The notes under the pieces: generated by a model
Told to the model about the DNA's origin: nothing
Seen by the model: the letters and a program-made list of their open reading frames with translations, nothing else
Databases searched by the model: none
Shown here: positions 53,287-64,000 of the stretch, piece after piece
Numbering within the stretch: position 1 is the first letter of the stretch
How the letters are laid out: every line of letters starts with the position of its first letter
Source of the DNA: the human T2T-CHM13v2.0 reference genome, Homo sapiens
Length of the DNA stretch: 64,000 nt
NCBI RefSeq assembly: GCF_009914755.1
Contig: NC_060927.1
Strand: one strand, 5' to 3'
Made by a program: the position numbers and the translations under genes

Positions 53287-56200
53287 ATGACAGGATCAAA
53301 GTCACACATAACAATACTAACCTTAAATGTAAATGAACTAAATGTCTCAATTAAAAGACACAGACTGGCAAATTGGGCAGAGTCAAGACCCATCAGTGGG
53401 TTGTATTCAGGAGACCCATATCACCTGCAAAGACACACATAGGCTCAAAATAAAATATTTACCAAGCAAATGGAAAGAAAAAAAAAAGCAAGAGTTGCAA
53501 TCCTAGTCTCTGACAAAACAGACTTAAAACCAACGGAGATCATAAAGACGAAGAAGGGCATTACATAATGGTAAAGGCATCAATGCAACAAAAAGAACTA
53601 ACCATTCTAAATATATATGCACCCAATACAGGAGCACCCAGATTCATAAAACAAGTTCTTAGAGACCTACAGGGAGACTTTAACACCCCACTGTCAATAT
53701 TAGACAAATCAACAAGACAGAAAATTAACAAGGATATTCAGGACTTGAACTCAGCTCCGGATCAAATGGACAAAATGGAAATCTACAGAACTCTCCACCC
53801 CAAATCAACAGAATATACATTCTTCTCAGTGCCACATGGCATTTATTCTAAAATTGACCACATAATTGGAAGTAAAACACTCCTCAGCAAATGCAAAAAA
53901 ACTGAAATCATAACAAACAATCTCTTAGACTACAGTGCAATCAAATTAGAACTCAGGATTAAGAAACTCACTCAAAACCACACAATTACATGAAAATTGA
54001 ACAACCTGCTCCTGAATGACTCCGAGGTAAATAATGAAATTAAGGCAGAAATCAAGAAGTTCTTTGAAACCAGTGAGGACAAAGACAAAATGTACCAGAA
54101 TCTCTGGGACACAGCTAAAGCAATGTTAAGAGGGAAATTTATAGCACTAAAAGCCCACACCAGAAAGCTAGAAAGATCTCAAATCGACACCCTAACATCA
54201 CAATTAAAAGAGCTAGAGAGGCAAGAGCAAACTAATCCAAAAACTAGCAGAAGGCAAGAAATAACTAAGATCAGAGCAGAATTGAAGGAGGTAGAGACAC
54301 GAAAACCCCTCCAAAAAAAATCAGTGAATCCAAGAGCTGTTTTTTTTTTCAAAAACTTAACAAAATACATAGACTACTAGCTAGACTAATAAAGGAGAAA
54401 AGAGAGAAGACTCAAATAGATGCAATAAAAAATGATAAATGGGATATCACCACTGACCCCAATGAAATACAAACTACCATCAGAGAATTCCATAAATACC
54501 TTTATGCAAATAAACTAGAAAATCTAGAAGAAATGGATAAATTCCTGGACACATTCATCCTCCCAAGACTAAACCTGGAAGAAGTTGAATCCCTGAATAG
54601 ACCAATAACAAGTTCTGAAATTGAGGCAGTAATTAATAACCTACCAATAAAAAAAAACCCAGGACCAGACGGATCCACAGCCAAATTCTACAGAAGTACA
54701 AAGAGGAGTTCCTTCCTCTGAAACTATTCCAAACAAATGAAAAGGAGGGTCTCCTCTCTAGCTCATTTTATGAGGCCGGCATTATCCTGATACCAAAACC
54801 GGGCAGAGACATAATAAAAAAATAAATATTCAGACCAATATCCCTGATGAACATCAATGGGAAAATCCTCAATAAAATACTGGCAAACCGAATCCAGCAG
54901 CACATCAAAAAACTTACCCAGCGCGATCGAGTCGGCTTCATCCCGGTGATGCAAGGCTGGTTCAACATTTGCAAATCAATAAATGTAATCCATCACATAA
55001 ACAGAACCAAAGACAAAAACCACATGATTATCTCAATAGATGCAGAAAAGGCCTTTGATAAAAATGTAACATCCCTTCATGTTAAAAACCCTCAACTGGG
55101 CAGGCGTGGTGGCTCACACCTGTAATTCCAGCACTTTGGGAGGCCGAGGCTGGTGGATCACTTGAGGTCAGGATTTTGACACCAGCCTGGTCAATGTGGT
55201 GAAACATTGCCTCTACTAAAAATACAAAAATTAGCTGGGTGTGATGGTACATGCCTGTAACCCCAGCTACTCCGGAGCTGAGGCAGGAGAATTCCTTGAA
55301 CCCAGGAGGTGGAGGCTGCAGTGAGCTGAGATTGCACCACTGTACTCCAGCCTGGGCCACAGAATCATACTCCATCTCAAAAAACAAACAAAAAATAAAC
55401 CCTCTCAATAAACTAGGTATTGGTGGAACATATCTCAAAATAGTAGGAGCTATTTATGACAAACCCATAGCCAATATCATATTGAATGGGCAAAAGCCAG
55501 AAGCATTCCCTTAGGAAACCAGTACAAGACAAGAATGCCCTTTCACCACTCCTATTCAACATAGTATTGGAAGTTCTGGCCAAGGCAATCAGGCCTGAAA
55601 AAGAAATAAAGGGTATTCAAATAGGGAAAGAGGAAGTTAAATTGTCTCTGTTTGCCGACGACATGATTTTATATTTAGAAAATTCCATCATCTCAGCCCC
55701 AAAACATCTTAAGCTGATAAGCAACTTCAGCAAAGTCTCAGGATACAAAACCAAATATGTGCAAAAATCACAAGCATTCCTTTACACCAACAATAGACAA
55801 GCAGAGAGCCAAATCGTGAATGAACTCCCATTCACAATTGCTACAAAGAGAATAAAATACCTAGAAATACAGCTAACAAGGGATGTGAAGGACCTCTTCA
55901 AGGAGAATTACAAATCACTGCTCAAGGAAATAAGAGAGGACACAAACAAATGGAAAAACATTCTATCCTCATGGGTACGAAGAATCAATATAGTGAAAAT
56001 GGCCATACTGCCCAAAATAATTTATAGATTCAATGCTATTCCCATCAAGTTACCACGATGTTCTTCACAGAATTAGAAAAAAACTACTTTAAATTTCATA
56101 TAGAATAAAAGAAGACCCTGTATAGCCAAGACAATCCTAAGCAAAAAGAACAAAACTGGAGGCATCATGCTACCTGACTTCAAACTATACTACAAGGCTA

Positions 56201-57379
56201 CAGTACCAAAAGCAGTATGTTACTGGTACCAAAACAGACATATAGACCAATGGAACAGAACAGAGATCTCAGAAATAACACCACACATCCACAACCATCT
56301 GACATTTGACAGACCTCACAAAAACAAGCAATGGGGAATGGATCTCCTATTTAACAAATGGTGCTGGGAAAACTGACTAGCAACATGCAGAAAACTGAAA
56401 CTGGACACTTTCCTTACATCTTATGCAAAAATAACTCAAGATGGAATAAAAACTTAAATGTAAAACCTAAAACCATAAAAACCCTAGAAGAAAACCTAGG
56501 CAATACCATTCTAGACATAGGCATGGGCAAAGACTTCGTGAAGAAAATGCCAAAAGTAATTGCAACAATAGACAAAATTGAGAAATGGGATCTAATTAAA
56601 CTAAAGAGCTTCTGCACAGCAAAAGAAACTGTCAACAGAGTGAACAGGCAACCTACAGGATAGGAGGAACTTTTTGCAATCTACCCATCTGACAAAGCTC
56701 TGATATCCAGAATTTACAAGGACCTTAAACAAATTTACAAGAAAAAAACAACCCCATCAAAAAGTGGGTGAAGGATATGAACAGACACTTCTCAAAAGAA
56801 AACATACACATGGCCAACAAACATATGAAAAAAAGCTCAACATCACTGATCATTAGAGAAATGCAAATCAAAACCACAATGAGATACCATCTCATGCCAG
56901 TCAGAATGGCAATTATTAAACAGTTAAGAAACAATAGATGCTAGCAAGGCTGTGGAGAAATATGAATGCTTTTACACTGTTGGTGGGAATGTAAATTAAT
57001 TCAACCATTGTGGAAGACAGTATGGCAATTCCTCAAGGATCTAGAACAAGAAATACCATTTGACCCAGCAATTCCATTACTGGGTATATACCCAAATGAA
57101 TATAAATCATTCTATTATAAAGACACATGCATACATATGTTTATTGCAGCACTATTTATAATAGCAAAGTCATGAAACCAACCCAAATGCCCATCAATGA
57201 TGGACTGGATAAAGAAAATGTGGTACATAGGTACCATGGAATGCTACACAGCCATAAGAAGAAATGAGATCATGTCCTTTCCAGGGACATAGATGAAGCT
57301 AGAAGCCATCATCCTCAACAAACTAACACAGGAACAGAAAACCAAATACTGCATGTTCTCACTCATAATTGGGAGTTGA
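53287..57379 (+). pseudogene. L1 ORF2p (endonuclease/reverse transcriptase) fossil
   Basis: [52 protein letters not shown]; many frameshifts and an Alu insertion. Confidence 0.92.
55098..55397 (+). mobile_element. AluS inserted in the L1 RT domain
   Basis: Dimeric Alu between aaaccctcaa and aaaccctctcaa. Confidence 0.93.
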
Positions 57380-60300
57380 ACAATGAGAACACATGGACAC
57401 AGGGAGGGGAGTAACACATTCCAGGGCCTGTTGGAGGTGGGCTGGTGAGCGGAGGGAACTTAGAGGATGGGTCAATAGATGCAACAAAACACCATGGCAC
57501 ACATATACCTATGTAACCAACTTGCACATTCTGCATATGTATCCCGGAACTTAAAGTAACATTAAATAAACAAATAAATAAATAAATTTAAAAAGCCTCT
57601 TTCTGCTTTCCAAAAAAAAAAAGAAAAGAAAGAAAAGTTGGGGCTAAAACTGTCTTTACAATTTTGTCTTTTAGTGCTTGGCTTTGCTTGTCTCTGCATT
57701 AAGTCTTTTCTCAGGGAGGCTTTCTTTTAGTGGCAATATGGTTGCCAGCAGCTTCAGGCCCTTAATCTATGCTTTCAGAAACTCTAGCATAGAGTGCGTG
57801 TCTCTCTTGTGGTGACTCTGGAATATATTCTCAGGATTAGCTTAGATCAGCTCTAATATCATTATGTGCTCTTCCTGGAACCATTCATTGTACCCAGAGG
57901 AGGATGTTACATTGATCACCTTAGCCTGGGTACACACCTTCCTTTGTTACTGGAGATGGAATCCATTTTATCTGGATGTCATGGAAGGAAAGTGAGGGGA
58001 TGTTTTTGAGGAAAAGCAGTATCCTATTAGAAAGGATAGGAGGAATGGATACTGTAAAGTGAAACTCACAAAAAACTTCCTCTAATTCATGAGTTAAGTT
58101 GTTAGTCAAGATTCAGGTATAACAGATAACACCAAGTACAACAGACAAAAGAGCCTTAATCAGTTTCCTCTCTGTAGGGTTTCTGCTTTTCAGCCTGCTA
58201 ACCCTGTGATAGCACATCATGGACAGTCAATCAATACTTGTTGAATTGAGTTGAACTTGATCCAGACTCACACTTTCTCTTAGGGTTGAATGACTCAGAT
58301 TTGCTCCCACAACTCATTCTATTTAATTTTCAGAACCATTTATACAGATATATGAACAGGAAACCAGGGATTCTGAAAACAAAACTTATCTTCACATTTT
58401 TCACAGATGGACTCTATCCTCTCCTCTTTCTCACCCTAAAGCGTCCCAAAGCTTCCTCAGAGGAAGAAAAATGGTTGTCTCAGAATGACCAATGCTTTTT
58501 AAAGAGGAAGCACTGGTGAAAAGTTGTAAAAACTGTACCAGATGTAGACGATTAATAGATGGATGGAAAAGATGGAAAAACTTAATCTGTTTCTAGATGA
58601 GAGAGAAGAAGGCAACGACTCTTTCCAAGTGCTCTGGAGGGGCAGCTCAAAGCACTTTAATCTTTGATGAATGCGATTGAACTCTTTCCACTACTCAGGG
58701 AAAGATAGAAGTGCTCACAAGGGCTCATCCTGTGCTGGCTCTCTGCCACCATCCATCCTGTCTTCTGCATAATTATCAGACCTTTCACCATTCACTGCTT
58801 TTATTATTCTAAAATTCCTCTTTCAGACCAGAAAATCTGGTAGATGAGATACATGTGGAAAACAGAGACAGGTATTACAGTCTCTGACTGGCTCATTCTA
58901 GAATATGAGCCAGGAGTTTAGCACAGGGTGCTGCATTAGGGGTTTTTGGGCAGTTGCTAAGAATCCCATGTTTGCTCTACTCTTTTATCTACCACTCCAA
59001 GAGTGTCTTTAGCTATACTGTCCAGGTATCATGTAGGATGTTCATGGACAAAGAGGCTGTGGCATTACAGATCCAATTATGTTAGGATGAAAATCAATAG
59101 ATAAAATACCCTTCTTGGTCAATATGCAAGACTTTTGCTTATTAATTAAAATATCACATCTCCTAATTTGATGATAAAATACTGAGTGCACAGGAAAGGA
59201 TGAAGACACAGCTCAAACACACACTGAGACTAATAAACTTTTTAATGCTTATGTCTGGGAATACTATCTAGGACTTATAATGCAGATGGAACCAGATTGA
59301 GAAAAACCAGCCAACCAACCAACCAACATGATGGCTGAACCAGACAAGAGAAGTCCCGAAGTAAAATACCCACCAATTACCAGAATCTGTGCCTGCCATA
59401 CATCGAAGGTATTGTATCCATGATGGCATGCTGCTTTTTGTGGTGTTTTGATTGATGTCACAATTTCCCAGCAGTCCTTCCACAGCCATTCTGAGATAGC
59501 ATCCAGAAATCAATGAAACATCAGAATAGGAAGTATTTGTGTATGTAGACTAATGTGGCACATTCCATCTTGGAAGATGTAATCCTTAAAGGAAGGAAGA
59601 AAGAATCTTGGTAGCAGTATATGCTGGGAATATACTCAGCCATTTCCCATGTATTTTCTAGATTTAGGGAATCAGAAATCAAGAGAGGAATGTGGGAGGT
59701 GCTGGCACCTTAGTGGAGGGAAGTTGTCTCAAGTAAACAGCTACACAGAAATGAGGAATTGGGCTTTTTAGCCATGAGTTACGGCTGTCAGTCCAAATTG
59801 TCTAAAATCAGAAAAATATATTAAAAAATATCAACTCCCACTGAGCCTATGCTTTGCAAAAGTATATTTTATTTTCATCTCTTTTGATTCCTGAAATAAT
59901 CCTAAACTAGATATGGTGGATGTTGTCCTACAAATGAGGATGCTAAGGCCCGAGGGGGTTAATGTCTTGCTTAGTTTGTAAGAAAAGAATGGAAATCATA
60001 TGTTCTTACTAAAGGCCAGTTATCTTTCCATGATGTTTTAAACTGACAGACCAATAACAACAAAGGTGAACAAAGGGTTAAACTCAAACCCACCAGAAAT
60101 ATTTGGAGTCCAAAACAGAGTGAATGGTGGTGGATGCTATCTTGTAATTATAATCTGTATGTCAAAATAAGACAATCCTGTTGAAAGAATTAACTCGAAA
60201 GTGGAAAGCATGGGCAAAATGAGGAAGTTGTAAAAGATAGTGCTGTACAATAGCTTTTGTTGTTGTTGTCACTAGTAGTGGCATTCCTTGTTTTTTAACT

Positions 60301-62399
60301 TTTCAAAATATATGGGTAACATAATACTTATTCTTGAATTCGTCACTCTTTTAAAACAATTGTTTACTGTCTCTCATTTCTTCTGTGTCTTTAAAACATT
60401 TTATATTTTCCTTGCTTCTAAGGTATCTCTACGGCCATAATCAGAAACTCCCAAACTTCACTGTAGGTTTTGATGAGACACCTGTAATTAACTCCCAGCA
60501 ATGATTGCCTAATTTAAATTGTAAACCCCTGGGACAAGCACTGGGTCTAATTATTCATTCTGTAGCCTACCTTGAGCAAACTTTCAGAACATCAAGCCTG
60601 GCTGTGGTCCCCTCTCTCCTGCCTGCCTTTATGTGCTGGTCCTCTTGTCGGTAAAACACTCTGAATGGAAAGTAAGGCTACAGCAAAACAAGTGAGCATA
60701 GAGCTTTATTAACAGAGGAACCTGATTTCATCTCTCTGCTTCAACTCCTTAGTCTCTGACTTCTTTATTCCACATGACTCTGCAAATCTACGTCTGAACT
60801 TATATTCTCCTGAAACCAGAACGGATGAAACTCATTAGGTAATGCCAGCGCTCTTACTGATCTTCACCTCAAACCTCAGGAAACAAAGCCAAGCATGATA
60901 TCCTCAGCTTTTATCTCCCTCCTTTTTTTTTTTTTTTTTTTTTTTGCTTAGGCCTGGAAAGTTGCAGATAGGATGCACCTAAAATTGGAGTTTAGGAGGC
61001 ATAGTTTTTCAAAGGGTTTTTACTAGGCAGGAAATGCCGTATCTTAAAGGGTAGCAGTGTGTTCCTATAGCTGGTACAGACATCTGAAGTAATTTAAAAC
61101 CAACATGAATGATAACCAAATTTTCGGCCTATAAATTTACAACCAAGAAAAAGGAGTGGGCAATGATCAGGATTGCATATTCATTGTAGGAAAGCAATTA
61201 AAACATAGATAATTCGGTATCTTTTGGACTTTGTTGGCTAACCAACAGCATAATAAATCACAAAATTATTATTTCAATGATTTAAATATATAACTGCAGC
61301 TACAACTTCGGAAATGTTGAATGGATAAATGAGGGCCTATGCTTTGGTCAGTAAAATGTAAGGCTTTGCAGTTGGCACCCTATGCCCAGCTTCTCTTCCT
61401 GGCACGGCTCTAAAATGGCACATACAACTTCCATCAGCACCGGCATGTTCGTCATTTAGCATTTAGGAACACAGTGAATAGCAATTATCAGCCAAATAGA
61501 TGGGAAGTGAAAATGACCTAGTAATCAGAGTAAATATACATTATGTTGTCATAGTATAATGTGTAAATATTGGAGAGGAATAGCAGAATATGGACATGCA
61601 GAATCTTTCTTTTAAGGCCTTGTATGAACGCAAATACTGTCTTGGCTCTCTGGCATGCTTTTGGATGACAGCTACTAAACATGCTGATTTAGTAAGTAGT
61701 AGGTCATCTTAATCATTTGCTCACTTACAGGTACCATGACCAGAAAAGGCATTGCCCTGATTTTTTATAAATCCTAAACTTGGCTCCCAATGACCAGGAG
61801 ACATATGGAGAGATGATAGCAGCTTGGTGGGAGTTCAGACATTATAAACCTTGCACAGCCAGTTGCTTTAGCTGCTTATTCCAATCCAACTGTATGTTAA
61901 TTTTACAGAATCCTTCTTCCTTTGTTAAGCTGGAAAAATATGAAAAGCCACCAGTGTCATTTTGTTTATATTCATCTTCTCAGCAAATCAGATGGGGATA
62001 GTATCAATGTTGCAAAATGTTGCTAAACTGAGCACCTGGATTACATGCTGTGCTAAATAGAGACAGAGAAGAATAGGCAGAAATTTTATTTTAGAAACCT
62101 TTATGAGTGCAATATCCTGGGAAAATTAGGCTAACTGATGGGATTAGTTTATTAGCAAGGTTCTAAACAACAGACACACATAATTTCCCCACTTTTAAAA
62201 TTAAGGGCTAACAGACTTGGAGAGACTAAATCAATAATGCCTCTATAGCAGAAGGTAAAAGAAAATGATGGTGGTAGTAAATATTTATTTTTTGTAGGCA
62301 CTCAATATCCTTTTCCAAATTTCTTGAAACTTTTTGCTATTTTGGGGGTAGGAGGGAGTGGATCTTCTCCTTGCATTGAGTACAGTGTTGGTATTGGCA

Positions 62400-62746
62400 A
62401 ATTCAGGTACCTGTCTCGTCTCTTTGGAAGTATGGGCTTCCCTGAGGTTCTTTCTGTCAGATTCTCTTTCTTACAGCTCCATGACAGGCAAGCAGTGAGC
62501 ATGTGCCCTAAACTTAGCTAATCGCTCTCCTAGAAAACAAAACAAAAGGCTGAGTCCAATCATTCTAGGAGAGGATGTCCACGGAGATACTGCTGAGACT
62601 TTGGAAGGTACCTGGCTCTTGATGGTTTCTTCAGTCTTCTTTATGATCATGTACATTGTCCCATAGCTTCCTAATAATACAATTCTTGCTCAAATTAAGT
62701 AGGCTTGCTTCTGTTGCTAGCAACCAAAGAACCTTAATTAATATAG
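62400..62746 (+). mobile_element. Old ERVL LTR remnant (LTR16-like)
   Basis: 3' end cttctgttgctagcaaccaaagaaccttaattaatata; internal gagcatgtgccctaaacttagctaatc. Confidence 0.45.
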
Positions 62747-63173
62747 TTTTTAAATTCTACTTAAAATGCTGCAAATAACTACTTCTCACCAGAGCAGAGG
62801 GTCAGAGAAACCACCATGTTTGGGGTAGATCTTTGGTAGTAAGAAGGTCAATTGGAATATAGAATTATAACATTCAGACTGTGTAAATCATAAGGAAAAT
62901 CTTAAGATCTCAAAATAGTGGTTTCTGCCCATGTTTCTAGATCTTTCTCTGCTTCATCTTCTCACTGTTTGATTAATTAGGATGGAGTTGAGCCATCCAT
63001 ACTTTTTGGCCTAAACAAGGCCCAATACATAAGATAAAAATTACTAATGAAATCTTGATTCAATGCATACCCAAAATGTAATCTATAATCAGGGAAGTTT
63101 GCAAAGAAAACTGCACCTACTGTGCCCAGGGAGAATGGTTTTCCTTGTCAGTATCCAAGCAGCAACCAGGGAG

Positions 63174-63203
63174 TTAGGCTAGTGCAAAAGTAATTGTGTT
63201 TTT
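63174..63203. mobile_element. Partial MADE1 arm
   Basis: ttaggctagtgcaaaagtaattgtgttttt. Confidence 0.6.
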
Positions 63204-63383
63204 TAATTTTTTTGTCTCTACAGAACTCTAATATAAAAATATTTCTTAACTAGGATTTACAAATTTTTTGTCTTAGCTGCTGCAGGGAGTCAAACATAAG
63301 GTACTGTTTCTGCCCACAGAGAGCACATAACTTCTTTGAAGAAGTCGCCAGACAAACTAGAAAGTTCTGAGAAAGACGATAGG

Positions 63384-63705
63384 GGCTGGATGTGGTGGCT
63401 CATGCCTGTAATCCAGCACATTCGGAGGCCAAGGTGGGAGGGTCACTTGAGCCTAGGAGTTCAGTACCAGCCTGGGCAACATAGCAAGACCCATCTCTAC
63501 AAAAAAAATTTAAAAAAATTTATCCTGGTATGGTAGAACATGCTTGTGGATAGCTCACAGTGCTATCTCCCAGCTACTTGGGAGGCTGAGGTGGGAAGAT
63601 CACTTGAGCACAGGAAGTTGAGGCTGTAGTGAGCCAAGATTGTGCCACTGCACCCTTGCCTGAGCAACAGAGCAAGACACCCTCTTAAAAAACAAAAAAG
63701 AAAAG
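63384..63705 (+). mobile_element. AluJ-like with a small internal insertion
   Basis: Diverged dimeric Alu; TSD aga(a)agacgat / agaagatggat is degenerate. Confidence 0.9.
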
Positions 63706-63906
63706 AAGATGGATGGGAAGACTTTGTAGAGAAAAATAGAATTCTTTTCTTTGAGAATTACTGTTCACCTTCAGTAAGCAGCTGATTTCACAGCTCAGGC
63801 TAGACCTAGATGGTGTCACTGCTTCTTAAGGCCAGTGGTCTAGCTGATTTTATCCAGGATGGCCTCTGCCAAAGAGGACTAGGGCTGACTTTAGCCATAG
63901 GTAGGG

Positions 63907-63950
<44 letters not shown>
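63907..63950. repeat. (TG)n microsatellite
   Basis: Directly visible. Confidence 0.98.
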
Positions 63951-63952
<2 letters not shown>

Positions 63953-64000
63953 GGGAGTGACAAAGAGAAGATAAACATCTGTGTGCTGTTTTCCATTAGT

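Larger units (their letters stand above)
50829..57631 (+). mobile_element. Full-length degenerate L1PA (about PA8-PA12), with 5' UTR, ORF1 and ORF2 disrupted
   Basis: ggccaagatggcc start; GC/CpG-rich 5' UTR; ORF1 and ORF2 peptides in several frames; A-rich tail; degenerate TSD gaaaagctggatct / gaaaagttggggct. Confidence 0.96.

Noticed and set aside
50829-57631. Active L1 or a novel reverse-transcriptase system
   Set aside because: Numerous stops, frameshifts, endonuclease-domain deletions and an Alu in the RT domain; this is an ordinary fossil.

Overview
AT-rich, CpG-depleted simian-primate (probably human) intronic or intergenic DNA dominated by interspersed repeats. It holds about 13 Alu/FLAM elements, a full-length degenerate L1PA (50829-57631), several truncated L1s, a near full-length Tigger1 carrying three nested insertions, MaLR/ERVL solo LTRs, hAT and mariner MITEs, L2/MIR relics and microsatellites. 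I cannot support an intact protein-coding gene, RNA gene, CRISPR array or prokaryote-type system. The recognisable long ORFs are L1, Tigger, Alu or microsatellite artefacts. The most unusual signal is a series of locally templated rearrangement scars: (1) a 182-bp copy of sequence 1.67 kb upstream, bracketed by 63-, 12- and 36-bp duplications; (2) a probably inverted MLT2A with a 48-bp inverted templated insert; (3) two fold-back palindrome insertions inside L1 elements. There are also several well-formed + strand exon candidates, a short L1 3' transduction and motif-rich enhancer candidates. All repeat names come from recalled consensus features, not a database search, so subfamilies and old-repeat boundaries are approximate.
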